DNA of 64,000 bases from Macrostomum lignano (Eukaryota): positions 310,001 to 374,000 of the forward strand of contig NIVC01000158.1 in assembly GCA_002269645.1 (NCBI GenBank), given 5' to 3'. A model generated the notes under the pieces. The model had not been told where the DNA came from. It saw only the letters and a list, made by a program, of their open reading frames with translations, and ran no database searches. The translations under genes and the position numbers were made by a program. Shown one piece after another: positions 16,237 through 28,682 of the stretch (its first letter is position 1; each line of letters opens with the position of its first letter).

Positions 16237-19200
16237 GACCAAGCGGTGAAACTGCAGGATCGCAGTAAATACAAGTCCATGTTCGACGACAGAGTAGGAG
16301 TCGACTACGAGGAGGTGCACGGTAATACCAATGAAGACATTGCTAATCTCATCAGTTGTTGCTTACAGATTTACCTGCAATCCTGCCCATCTTCAGACGT
16401 GCTACGCATATCGTTTCTCGAAGAGGAAGAAGACGAAGAATCGGCAGAGGAAGGAGAAAAGACTGCTCAGAAGGCGGCCAAGGAGCAGGGCGGTGAGGAG
16501 CTGACCGGCCGGTTCACAGGCAGCGGGCCTGGCCGCACTCTGTGGCGCAACATGCAGGAGGTGGAGGCCTCCGGACTGCTCTCAAAGCTATCTAAGGAGG
16601 AGGTCAAACTGCAAGAGGTTATTTTAGCAGCTAATTCTTTTATTATTCGATTAGCCGTTACGTAAGAACGCAGTTTACAATTGTTTATTAAATTATTGGC
16701 CATACACCGTACAGGCGCAATTTGAAGTGATAACAACTGAAGCCACCTACTACAAGAGTCTCATGGTCGTGATTGATGTGTTCTACAATAGTCCACTCTT
16801 CGATCACACGCGGCCCAATGCTATTGTCCGAGCCTTGGACAAGCATTATCTGTTCTCAAATATTGTTGACATATTTGACTGCTCAGCAACGTGAGTTCTT
16901 GAGAGTAGAATTGATTACAAACTACGCAGCTGTTTTAGTCAAGCATACAGCAAGCAAATTTGCACTCTACAGATTCCTGAAGTCCCTTGAAGACGAGTGG
17001 AAGAAAACAGTCATAATGGACTCCGTCAGCCAGGTGATTCTAGATCACATTGAGAAGCTGAAGGTGTACAAAGTCTACTGCCGCAACTTCTATTACCAGA
17101 CAAAGACTCTGGAGAAGCTGCGCACCAATCCTGAATTCGTGGCGCAGCTCACCGAGCTGGAGAGGCGGCCCGAATGCCGCATGATCCCGCTGCAGAGCTA
17201 CCTGGAGATGCCGATGAAGCGCGCGATGAGCCTCCAGCTGCTCATGGACGCCGTGATGCGCCGCATGCCGGAGAACTCGCACCGCTACAGCCTGGGCATG
17301 CGGGCGCTGGGCCAGCTGCTCAGCCTGGCCAGAGAATGCGACCAGGAGTCGCGAATGATGTCCGAGAAGGAGCAGATGCTGAAGCTGCAGAACCAGCTGT
17401 GCTTCTCTAAAGTCAAGGTGCGTCAGAATAGATTGTCGACAATTCTTTTTTTGTTTTGTTTTGCTTGCATAACTCAGGTGTACTTTCGAACTGAAGATTC
17501 GTACTTTCAAGATAATCGAACTCAATCGCTTAACTTCGCCATTTGCCTCGATAGAAAGTCGGCTGCTGGGGAGGAAACCGGCATCTGATCAAGGAGGGCC
17601 AAATGCGAGTGATCAACGCCGTGCCCAACACGCAGGGCTTTGTGAGCAAGATGTCGCTGAGAAAGACCTACCTGCAGTTGCACGCATTCTCGGACCTGTT
17701 GATCGTGTCCAAACCGAAAGGGTGAGCAAAGGCTTGGTTTTGCCTCTATCATCTTATGAGCGTACTTTCTCTTACTTTTCAATTTACCACTACTTGCTAC
17801 TTACTTTGCAGTGATCAAGGCTTCCAGGTGTTGAAGCACTGCCCTCGCTCGTTTGTTGACGCCGATTGCGCTCCGGTGCAAGGAGGCGGAAGCAGCGGCA
17901 GCGCCAGCGCCAGCGGTGGAGCAGGTCTCAGCGGTAGTTCGAGCTCACTTCAGAGGTGGACCCTTCGGCTGCGCATTCTCGACAGATCCGATGGAACGCC
18001 GGAGGTGAGCAGGCGGCTTTGCAGTTCTGATTTTGATTGATCACCTGCTGTGTACTCCGAAAAGACGAAAATGTACGCAATGCGTCAATATGTTATTAAA
18101 ATATCGTTGAAAAATCCAGATAGTATGAAACTACCTGGTGTTACATACCGTACTGGCTTCACAGGCTCTTTAGACCAGGTCCAGAGGGGTTTTAGGGGGC
18201 TGTAGCCTAGTGGTTAGAGCGTCGGACTCACGATTGAAATGTCGGGGGTTCGATTCTCGACCCACTCGAAACAATCTGTGTCCTTGAGCAAGACACTTAA
18301 CTCTGCATTGCTTCAGTTCACCCAGCTGTAAAATGGGTGCCAGCATTAGCTGGGGTAATTGAGGGTGTGCGGCGACCCCCCAGTCCTTGGACTGAACAGC
18401 CGTACGCAGCCTTCAGATGCGCCGCGCAATAGCTGTGGCTGAGCTGTCGGTTGCATATCTGGCCCAATTGGGCAGGTGTAATCAATTATTATTATCACTA
18501 TTAGAGGTCCAGAAGTGGATCAGAAAGGATCAGAAATAGTTTCAAAAATATGTTAGTCCCGTCTCACAAATGCATTTTGCCTCCCCGGCTCAGGTGACGC
18601 TCCTCCTTGAGCCGAAGTCCCGCGAAGAAGCCGACCGCTGGCTGATGATATTCAGCCCGAGAGACGAACTCGGCGACCCGGTGTACGACCCGGACGACTG
18701 TCCACAGGCCAAGGTGGTGAAAGCCTACAGGGCGCAGCAGAAGGACGACCTTGAATTGCGTGAGGGAGAAATTGTCAGTATCTACAAGAAGACTGAGGAG
18801 GGTGAGTCACAGGGTTAGTCTTGCTCATTATATGACCCATCCCCAACTTGCTATCTTAGTGCTGATTCGGCCAAATCTGTGATGCTTTTTAGCTTGCCAG
18901 TGCTACGATCGTACTCATTTTCAGCAACTTGAGCTTCATATAGTCACAAGTAGTGTGCCTGTATCGCGTAAGAAAAACTCGTAGAAACTCGCATTTTTGA
19001 AACAACTATGTGGTTGTGCTTACAATAGTTAAATAGACCATTGAACACAGCAGGGCCATACACTATAGTTTTTTGGGGATGGGATGGTGTAGCACACATA
19101 GTGGTCCATAGACTATAGCTGTTGGGGATGGTGTTGCACTCATAGTGGGCCATAGACTATAGCTGTTGGGGATGGTGTTGCACTCATAGTGGGCCATAGA

Positions 19201-21360
19201 CTATAGCTGTTGGGGATGGTGTTGCACACATAGTATAGACTATAGCTGTTGGGGATGGTGTTGCACTCATAGTGGGCCATAGACTATAGCTGTTGGGGAT
19301 GGTGTTGCACACATAGTATAGACTATAGCTGTTGGGGATGGTGTTGCACTCATAGTGGGCCATAGACTATAGCTGTTGGGGATGGTGTTGCACTCATAGT
19401 GGACCACAGACTATAGCTGTTGGGGATGGTGTTGCACACATAGTGGGCCATAGACTATAGCTGTTGGGGATGGTGTTGCACTCATAGTGGGCCATAGACT
19501 ATAGCTGTTGGGGATGGTGTTGCACACATAGTATAGACTATAGCTGTTGGGGATGGTGTTTCACACATAGTGGGCCATAGACTATAGCTGTTGGGGATGG
19601 TGTTGCACATTCTATCGCAGGTAGGTCGCACATGGGGAGGGCATATCTAAGGTATAAACACAAACTTGAACTTTAATGGCGATGAGGCCAACTGTAGATT
19701 GCACCGCTTTTAATAAATTTCTGCTGGAGCTTCAGTTCCGTCTAGTCAAAGATTTTTTCTTATCCTTTTTTGAAGTTTCTAAAAGTAATCGCATTTGGGG
19801 TGGCAGTTGCACAAACTTGCTCATCACTAAGAATTTTTTAACATCAGCACCCAGTCAAAAGACACCTAGCTATTACGCGTAAAAACGGTCACTAACAGGT
19901 TCTTTCCATGCTCAACAAGCTACCCATTCTGGGAAGCATTTTTCAGTTTAGTCTCAACAAAACCGCTGTAAGTTGTTTTAATGCATGATTGATTGCGCCA
20001 AGACAGTTCAACTATTCTATTCAATATAAGTTTTTCATGAGTCTCGTACAAACCACAAGATTCAGTACCAATTCAGTAAATGTTTGGATTGGATAAATTA
20101 ATGTCAATAAAGCCGCATGCATCACGGAGGATCTCAAAGTAAAAAACGCTTTCGAGTTTGATGGAGCTGATTATAAAAATACAAATGCGATTGCCACCCC
20201 GGTGCTTGCGTCCACGGTCTATATAATAGCTTATAATTTATGATGTCACTTTTTACTGATGGAGATTGGAGCAGGATACGATACTGACGCTATTTTTAGG
20301 TAGTTAAACTTTTCGTGAAGCTATGCATGACCAAAGTGCACCGGCAAATTTCAGTTTGCCGGTGCACAACCCGGGTTGTAGCCTGGTAGTGGTGGTGTAG
20401 TGGTTAGAGTGTCAGATTCACGGCTGAAAGGTCGGGGGTTCGATTCTCGACCTTACTCGCTCGGAACAATCTGTGTCCTTGAGCGAGACTCTGCATTTCT
20501 TCAGTTCACCCAGCTGTAAAATGGATGCCAGCATTAGCTGAGGTAATTGAGGGTGTGTGTGGCGACCTCCCAGTCCTTGGACTGAACAGCCGTACGCAGC
20601 CTTCAGATGCGCCGCGCAATAGCTGCGGCTGAGCTGTCGGTTGCACATCTGGCCCAATTGGGGCAGGTGCAATCAACTATACTAATTAATTAATTCTCGT
20701 TCTTTTTCTTCAATGAAGGCAATATTTTTTAATAAATAATTTAGCTAATTGTTTTGCACCTCTTATCAAGGACGACAATATTGAAATTATTCGAACTAAC
20801 CAATTGAAAAAAAAGGTTTAAACCAAGGACTACTTATAAGAAAGGCAACTCATATCAAAAGATGCAAATTGGGTCTGCCCGCTATCAAAAGCAATTATAA
20901 TTTTTTCGGTAAAGCCTGCATCCTAAAATTTTCCAAGAAACATACTTTCCCATCCCTCTTGAGTAGTAGTCCTTGGTTCGAACGTAGATATTCGCGAACC
21001 CAAGCCAAGGAAAAAGACGATTGAAATTCAATGATTGACCGTTTCAATAGTTGTGAATTAATTTTCAGTCTATTCTCCGACACATCTGTTGGTCTCTCTA
21101 TGGAAAATCTTTAGAACCCCTCCCAATATAAATCATTTCGAACGATTTGGACACACATCAACCTCATGCTTATCGCTTCATCAACAGGCTGGCTGCTGGG
21201 CAGCAGGCTCGCAGATCCCAACGTGCGCGGCTGGTTCCTGGCCAGCCACGTTCGCGAGATCGAGAACGACCACTACCGAGCCAAACTGCGGAAAGTGTCC
21301 TTCCGGCGGAAGAACGCCATTGCAATGTACGCCAGGAATAAATTTGAGAGCAAAGTTTGA
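16237..21360 (+). CDS. Ephexin/SGEF-family Rho guanine nucleotide exchange factor (DH-PH-SH3)
   Basis: Phase-consistent exons 16237-16314, 16369-16617, 16715-16890, 16973-17417, 17555-17721, 17812-18004, 18594-18801, 21188-21360. Motifs: TLWRNMQEV..KLQEAQFEVITTEATY (DH), HLIKEG/LHAFSDLLIVSK (PH), AYRAQQKDDLEL...GW...GWF (SH3). N-terminus lies upstream. Confidence 0.9.
18195..18495 (+). mobile_element. tRNA-derived SINE family 1 (CORE-like), copy A
   Basis: A box TAGCCTAGTGG, B box GGTTCGATTC, central GTGTCCTTGAGCAAGACACTTAAC..CTGTAAAATGGG, ATT tail; three near-identical copies in the window. Confidence 0.88.
19058..19609. repeat. 44/38-bp minisatellite (GGGGATGGTGTTGCACTCATAGTGGGCCATAGACTATAGCTGTT)
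   Basis: About 13 copies in the last RhoGEF intron. Confidence 0.95.
20372..20690 (+). mobile_element. SINE family 1, copy B
   Basis: Collinear with copy A; rearranged 5' head. Confidence 0.85.
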
Positions 21361-21639
21361 GTTTGTTGTGTTCCATTTATGCGTGCATATGAGATCCATG
21401 CGAACCAGTAAGTTCCCTTGCGCCTAGCAGTGCAGCTCCCATTGTTCATTTTGTACTTGAATTTTCAACCATATTGTATGTACATGTAACTCTGTAAATT
21501 TTTTAACTTCCGACGAATGACCTTCCATTTCATTATTTGCTTAATAACAGTTCTCATTGAGCCGAAACCCAGTTGTCCGGCCGATGACAGCGCTTTACAC
21601 ATCATCATTCTAAACTTGGCTTTAATAACCTTCACTACT

Positions 21640-22500
21640 TTGACCCGGCTTCCAATACCCTCCACTACTTCCAGCGAGGTTCCACTGCCCTCCACTACTT
21701 CGACCCGGCTTCCAGTGCCCTCCACTACTTCCAGCAAGGCTCACTACTTCGACCCGGCTTCCAGTGCCCTCCACTACTTCGACCCGGCTTCCAGTGCCCT
21801 CCACTACTTCCAGCAAGGCTCCACTGCCCTCCACTACTCCGACCCGGCTTCCAGTGCCCTCCACTACTTCCAGCGAGGCTCCACTGCCCTCCACTACTTC
21901 GACCTGGCTTCCAGTGCCCTCCACTACTTCCAGCAAGGCTCCACTGCCCTCCACTACTTCCAGCAAGGCTCCACTGCCCTCCACTACTTCCAGAAAGGTT
22001 CCACTGCCCTCCACTACTTCCAGCAAGGTTCCACTTCCCTCCACTACTTCCAGCAAGGTTCCAGTACCCTCCACTACTTCCAGCAAGGTTCCAGTACCCT
22101 CCACTACTTCCAGCAAGGTTCCAGTGCCCTCCACTACTTCCAGCAAGGTTCCACTGCACTCCACTACTTCCAGCAAGATTCCACTTCCCTCCACTACTTC
22201 CAGCGAGGTTCTACTTCCCTCCACTACTTCCAGCGAGGTTCCACTGCCCTCCACTACTTCCATCGAGGCTCCACTTCCCTCCACTACTTCCAGCGAGGTT
22301 CCACTTCCCTCCACTACTTCCAGCAAGGTTCCACTTCCCTCCACTACTTCCAGCGAGGTTCCACTGCCCTCCACTACTTCCCGCGAGGTTCCAATACCCT
22401 CCACTACTTCCCGCGAGGTTCCACTGCCCTCCACTACTTCCATCGAGGCTCCACTTCCCTCCACTACTTCCAGCGAGGTTCCACTTCCCTCCACTACCTC
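21640..22500. repeat. 30-bp minisatellite (CCACTGCCCTCCACTACTTCCAGCAAGGTT)
   Basis: About 28 copies, just downstream of the RhoGEF stop. Confidence 0.95.
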
Positions 22501-23266
22501 CACTTGACTTTTTCTTTAACTTCACCTCATCCTCAGCTTCCTGTTTTGCTCTGTCTGTACCTCTATACTTAAACATATATATATTCTATACGTAACATTT
22601 CATACCACCAGCTTCGATCTCGCCGCGAGATTAAAAAGAAGCAAACCTGTCTTTCAAATTTCAAATTCAAATTCTTCCTTATCATTTGAGCCCCCACCCC
22701 AATGCTGCTCTTAAACCTATTTGATTTGTTTAATTCTGCCTGACACCCCCCGCGTGAAGTTCGTATTCCGTGAATCATATTTAAGTAAGCTATTTTAATG
22801 AACAAAATTCAAGTTTTTTTATATAAATTATGGTGAAAGTGCGCACCTCCAAAACCATATACACAATCTACCATTGTGTTAAATACTGTATTTTCTAAGT
22901 CTACTTTATCTTATGCATGCCTGCTTCGCATTAGATAATATCAATGTAAACTTGCTCTCCATTATTGTTGATAGACAATTGCTACTAAGGAGTGGTTAAT
23001 TGACGGTCCTGTACATGGATTACGATCACACTATGGAACTTCATTGCAGTGTTACACCACTGTTCCACAATATTTTTATACAGACTGCACATGTAATTTT
23101 CATCTCAAGCTGTCTGTTTCTACCTGTGTTATATTTGTATCCTAGATTGTTTTTAGCCAAGATGACATGCTCAAATGCCTTTGTCTCAATAAATATTATT
23201 TTAAGTACATAAATCTTATACATTCAGAAACTGTGTTTATATCTTATACATGCTATCTTATACATA

Positions 23267-23820
23267 CGAGGGGTGATCGAAAAGTTCTGCAAGTGGCTTT
23301 ATTAAAATGTCCAGAAAAAATGGCGCACAAATTTAGTGCCGCATCCCTTCAAAGTATTTCCCCTCAGCTTCTATGCATCGCTGCATCCGCTGCATTCGCC
23401 ACGCCTGGAAGCAGCTAAGGTACTCTGATGCGGGCACCCTCTCCAGTTCTGCTTTGACCGCTCGAGCCAGGTCTTGAATTCGCGAAAATGGCCTCCCATA
23501 AATTGCTGACTTCAGCTTCGGGAACAGCCAAAAGTTGCAGGGTGCAAGGTCTGGCGAGTAGGGTGGATGGGGCAGCAGCTGAACCCCCTGCTGCTCCAGA
23601 AATGCCTGAGTTGCAGCAGCAGTGTGCGGTGCCGCATTGTCGTGATGCAGCAGCAGCCTGGCACCATGCCGAGTTCTTGCCTGCTGCCGCCTCTCCTGCA
23701 GCACGACCGGAAGCACTGTTTCGGTGTAATATTTGGCAGTCACAGTGCTGCCCTCAGGAAGGATGTCGACCGCCACAACACTCTGGGAGTTGAAGAAAAT
23801 AGTGAACATCCTATTGCCGA
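23267..23820 (-). mobile_element. Mariner remnant: C-terminal half of transposase plus one TIR
   Basis: FTIFF...LLHHDNAAPH...HPPYSPDLAPCNFWLFPKLK (third catalytic D reads N). Stop at 23333; TA|CGAGGGGTGATCGAAAAGT end at 23265. Other TIR not found. Confidence 0.9.
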
Positions 23821-24262
23821 AGTGCCGAAGGTCCCGAAGGTCCCAGTGGTGCCGAAGGTCCCAGTGGTGCCGAAGGTCCCAGTGGTGCCGAAGGTCCCAG
23901 TGGTGCCGAAGGTCCCAGTGGTGCCGAAGGTCCCAGTGGTGCCGAAGGTCCCAGTGGTGCCGAAGGTCTCGAAGGTCCCGAAGGTCCCGATGGTCCCGAA
24001 GGTCCCGATGGTCCCGAAGGTCCCGAAGGTCCCGAAGGTCCCGAAGGTCCCGAAAGTGCCGAAGGTCCCGAATTTCCCAAAGGTGCCGAAGGTCCCAAAG
24101 GTGCCGAAGGTCCCGAAGGTCCCAGTGGTGCCGAAGGTCCCAGTGGTGCCGAAGGTCTCGAAGGTCCCGAAGTTCCCGATGGTCCCGAAGGTCCCGAAGG
24201 TCCCGAAGGTCCCGTAGGTCCCGAAGGTCCCGAAGGTCCCGAAGTTCCCGAAGGTCCCGAAA
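23818..24262. repeat. 9/18-bp minisatellite (CCGAAGGTC / CCGAAGGTCCCAGTGGTG)
   Basis: Sits where the 5' half of the mariner should be. Confidence 0.95.
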
Positions 24263-25112
24263 TGGAAGTGACAGACAGGCCTCTACGACGATGTAATATT
24301 TCGAGCTTTGAAAGCGAGCATTTGTACTGAAATGTCCAATTAAATGCAAGTAAAAATACCATATGTTTACTTCTCGAAAATTCATATTTGTGAAACGAAT
24401 AATGTATTACCAACTTTTTAAAATTCTTTTAATAAATTGCTTATAATAAATCAAGCGCTTTTTAACTTAGAATTACATTGTTTACAGATCAAAAGCTTTA
24501 CTACTCAAAAGTAGTAAGCAAAATTTTATTAAAGACCGCAAAACGGAGCATTAACTTGGAGGTGAAAATAGTTTAGAATTCAGTCAGTTTTGGAGCAATA
24601 TATACATAAAGTTCAATTTCGAATTACAGCTAATCATAAGAAAGGATGAAGACTATTCACAGTAGTTACAAATATTTGAGTAAAATATTCGTTTCTTAGT
24701 ATGAACTATCTTAGAATCAACTTTAATAGGCCCTGGTCGTTGAACCTTTAAACCGAGAAAACTTGGTCAAGAAGCTTGAGTACCAATTATTTTGAGTACA
24801 AACTCCCAATTGAACAACTTTTTTGGTCAATGCAATTCTCCGAATCTCATTTTAATTAGTATCGTGGAGTTTTGAGTTGGTAGCCAATGTGAGCTGTTTT
24901 TTGAGCTTCTGAAAGAAAAAATTTACGGAAAAAAGGTTGTCACGCAGAACAATCAATGGTTTTACAACCAAGGTTTTTGAATTTCAGTGCGAAATTTAGT
25001 TTTAATTGAATTTGGTTTGACCAAACTTAAATTCTGAAAACTTGAGCCAGTCTTTTAAAATGAGCATTTAGTGAAGTTTTGCCACTTAACATTAAACCAA
25101 AAACAGCTCAGA

Positions 25113-25421
25113 AGGAGTCGTAGCCTAGTGGTTAGAGCGTCGGACTCACGACTTGAACGTCGCGGGTTCGATTCTCGACCTTACTCGCTCGAAACAATCT
25201 GTGTCCTTGAGCAAGACGCTTGACTCTGCATTGCTTCAGTTCACCCAGCTGTAAAATGGGTGCCAGTATTTAGCTGGGGTAATTGAGGCTGTGTGGCGAC
25301 CCCCAAGTCCTTGGACTGAACAGCCGTACGCAGCCTTCAGATGCGCCGCGCAATAGCTGCGGCTGAGCTGTCGGTTGCACATCTGGCCCAATTGGGCCAG
25401 GTGTAATCAGTTATTATTATA
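25113..25421 (+). mobile_element. SINE family 1, copy C
   Basis: Full head, core and TTA tail; 70 bp from the ion-channel stop codon, antisense to that gene. Confidence 0.88.
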
Positions 25422-25490
25422 AATTTTATTTTATGCCACTAGAGATTCTCGTTTGAACCTTGTTGAGCTCAACTCATCACGTCGTCAGGG

Positions 25491-28400
25491 TCAGAGCAGC
25501 GGCAGCACCAGCACAATGAACAGAAGGATGACCGCCAGCACGCCGACGGTCATCAGGCCCTGGTCGATGCGCGTCGCCAGCCGCTTCATCGCCTGCGGAC
25601 AGTCGGCATCGGTCCCTACCGCCCGCAGCGCCGCCCGCAACGGCTTCCAGCTCAGTCTGGATGAGTCGTCGCCGGACAACCCGACCAGGCGGCTGGTGGC
25701 CGCGATGGCGCAGACGTAGAGAGAGGCGATCAGCATCAGGCCATTGAGGAAGTGGCCTGACAATGGTTTTCAAGGAATAGGACGTAGGGTTAGTCGATAG
25801 AGTTTGAACTACAGATAGGACTTTATGGGGATGATACGTGTCTTGGCGTACTACTGAGTAAAACATCAAACTGATGTAAAAAGATGCAACCTTCAGGCCG
25901 AAGATTAGCAACTGACTGATTCTTTCGGTGTAAATTAATCATCGAAAACTCACTCAGAGCTGGCACCTGCTTGATTTTAGGCATCATCTGATCGGTGAGC
26001 ATGAGGTAGACTGTGAACGCCAGCAGCACAGTCAGCGACAGCTGGATCTTCTCCGACCCGTTGGACACCGGCAGTGAGAACACCATGAACAGCAGCAGGA
26101 CCAGGTAGAGCACAGGTAGCAGCATGCTCACCAGGTAGTACCGGTGCTCCCGGCGTACGCTAATTGAGAACGTGTACACCGAGCGGCGGTACCCGCCTGG
26201 CCAGGCCACTGCGGCGACGCTGTCCGCCACGGTCAGCACCTGCCAGCCGCCGTTGCAGCCGGCCAGGAAGTCGGCCGGGCCATCGTTGGTGGTGCGCAGC
26301 TCGAAGCGGGCCTCCGAGTCCGAGAGGCTGTCGGCGAATAGCACCTGCGGCGAGGAGATGAAGGGCGGGAAGATTCAATGGGATGGTCAGGGCAAAAGTC
26401 CTAATTCAGCAACCTCCAGTTTTAACTTTTATTAAGAGCCAGGGGGCTGTGTGCCCATTCCGCCGACTCCTCTGAGCAGGCTCACAAGCGCGCGGATACG
26501 TACGCAGTCATACGCACAGGCACACACTCACACAGGAGTGTACAGCGGCCCTAACTTTATTTATCGTTAGGCATGTACACTTCACTGTGCCTTGGGGGTT
26601 GGCCTTCAAGGGCTTTAATTGCACGAGCAGAGCCAAGCCGAGATTCCAAATTAGCCCCAATTTAATGTGACTGCACTTGGAATCGAGCCTGGGCCGCTGG
26701 CACATCAGAGCGCCGCGCCAGACCACTGGGCTACGGCCGTCCGGCACCTCCAGTTGACCCAGACTGTTCGCGTGGGAGACCTCTAGTCTTCCAACGTTTT
26801 CTACCGAAAATTGTAACTAACATACGCGAGTCTTTTAGCTTGAGAATTTATACAAATACCTGAGACGGTGGTTGGGAGCTAAATCGACTTAAACAAGAAG
26901 CTTCGGGCCTTGTTGACATTCCAGGCGGTCTCAGTTACTCTTTAGTTTCGAAAGTTTGCAATGTTACAAAAATGTAGCACAAATTCCATTAAGCTTTACA
27001 TTTAACACATCTTTCGAGACATTTTGGACAGCTTTAGGGGTAACTGTATTTACACAGGTGTAAACAGAGAACAAAGTAAACGGCCGACCAGGAACAATGA
27101 GCATCAAGCAATGCGACCTTCACCTGAAAGCTGCAGTTATGCCGATCTTTGGGAAAGTGCACAAAGTTGACGTGATCGCAGTGGCCCACTGGCTGCAGAA
27201 TGAGCTCCGTAGATGCGGCCATCAGCCGTCCCGTTGACGGGTGTCGCTCCATGCGAAGTCGATGCTGCGGATGCAGCGCCTGTCGGTCGGGGTCGGCAAT
27301 TTCGGCATTCCACAGTGCCAGCCTGGGCTGCCAGTGCGCCGGGCTGTCGGCGGACAGATTCCAGCGCTGCAGCGGGTGTGAGAGCTTGTGATTGCCGAGT
27401 GACAGTGGGTGTTCGGGCACCAGATGACGAGTGACAGTGGGTGTTCGGGCACCAGATGCCAAGTGACAGTGGGTGTTCGGGCACCAGATGCCAAGTGACA
27501 GTGGGTGTTCGGGCACCAGATGCCAAGTGACAGTGGGTGTTCGGGCACCAGATGCCAAGTGACAGTGGGTGTTCGGGCACCAGATGCCAAGTGACAGTGG
27601 GTGTTCGGGCACCAGATGCCAAGTGACAGTGGGTGTTCGGGCTCCAGATGCCGAGGGACAGTGGGTGTTCGGTGGGTGTTCACTACCGAGTGATAGTGAT
27701 TTTGAGACTGAGTGATGTTTGGGTATCAGAGAAATTATTCGGAGTACAAGGTGCTACAAGTAAGCTCACTTTTCAGCTGTTATACTACTCACTCAGGGAT
27801 CTTGAGTAGTACAAGTGCAAGACAGTATAGGGACTTTGTCTCACCAGTGCCAAAACTCCGCTGCTGTAGAACGTTTGACTGCTTACATCCTAAAATTGAT
27901 GAGTGAAACTGTTTTCAGCAGAATAAAACAATTGAGCACATTCTGAATAGAAAGAGCATTAAAACAGTCTCTAACCATGCTGTGAATCTTCTGCACGTAA
28001 TAACGAATTTCCACTACGCGGGTGTCCACGCGGTGCGGCTCCTGGTCAGCAGCTCTCGGGGCCTTCGCGCTTGAATAAACAACTTTCTGCTGCCCAGTCG
28101 GAAGACTTTCAATCGGTGCTACTGTAAGTCGACAATTGTGCAAAGTGACAAAGTTTATTTTAGATAAAGGATACTAAAAATGATATTTGACTGTATCGAG
28201 AACAAGTGACAGACCACAGAAGTGAAAGTTCTTTCTAGAATTTTTTAAAACAAATTTAGATTTGTTGTTTAAGATTTTGAATTTTGGTCGGGCGGTTGTA
28301 CATGTGATGGGGAATCCCAGCTCGATACTGCTTGGACTCTTGGCGAGTACGCGGATGTGATAAATTACTTATCATATTTTAGGAATTACACACTACGAAA

Positions 28401-28682
28401 CCAGAGCGTTGATCAGAGGTTCGAGAAGTTATCTTATCAAGCTTGTCAGTGCGCAAAACGCATACTGGCTTCACCTGCAATTCGGAAGGTCTTAAGGTAA
28501 GATGTTGTAAATTCTGTGCTAAAAATGAACTGGAAACCTTCTATAGTGAAGCAGCTGAGTTAAAAGCTTCGGTGATGTTAAATTTTGTCAGTTCTACGGC
28601 TCTCACCTGCCAGAGACGCGACAAGTTGCGTGCAGCCGCTGCACCAGCAGCACCACCAGAGCCAGGCAGCGAGAGCAAGCAT
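25491..28682 (-). CDS. Divergent Cys-loop ligand-gated ion channel subunit (nAChR-like, probably cation-selective)
   Basis: Phase-consistent exons 28682-28607 (signal peptide), 28121-27976, 27889-27845, ~27366-27124 (WQPRLALWN; C..FPKD..C), 26344-25954 (RREHRYY-M1, SEKIQLSLTVLLAFTVY-M2), 25756-25491 (M3, M4). Confidence 0.82.
26432..26742 (-). mobile_element. tRNA-derived SINE family 2, copy A
   Basis: Head GGACGGCCGTAGCCCAGTGG...GGCTCGATTCC; body shared with 38633-38940 and 45762-45982. Confidence 0.82.
27398..27680. repeat. 32-bp minisatellite (CAGATGCCAAGTGACAGTGGGTGTTCGGGCAC)
   Basis: About 8 copies next to an ion-channel exon. Confidence 0.95.

Noticed and set aside
18195-18270. tRNA genes at the SINE heads (also 25113, 26742, 38633)
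   Set aside because: A and B boxes are present but there is no complete cloverleaf, and each continues into a shared SINE body.
23811-24413. Collagen-like GPS repeat ORF
   Set aside because: The Gly-X-Y register is broken by APL units, there is no signal peptide or collagen end domain, and it is a 9-bp minisatellite.
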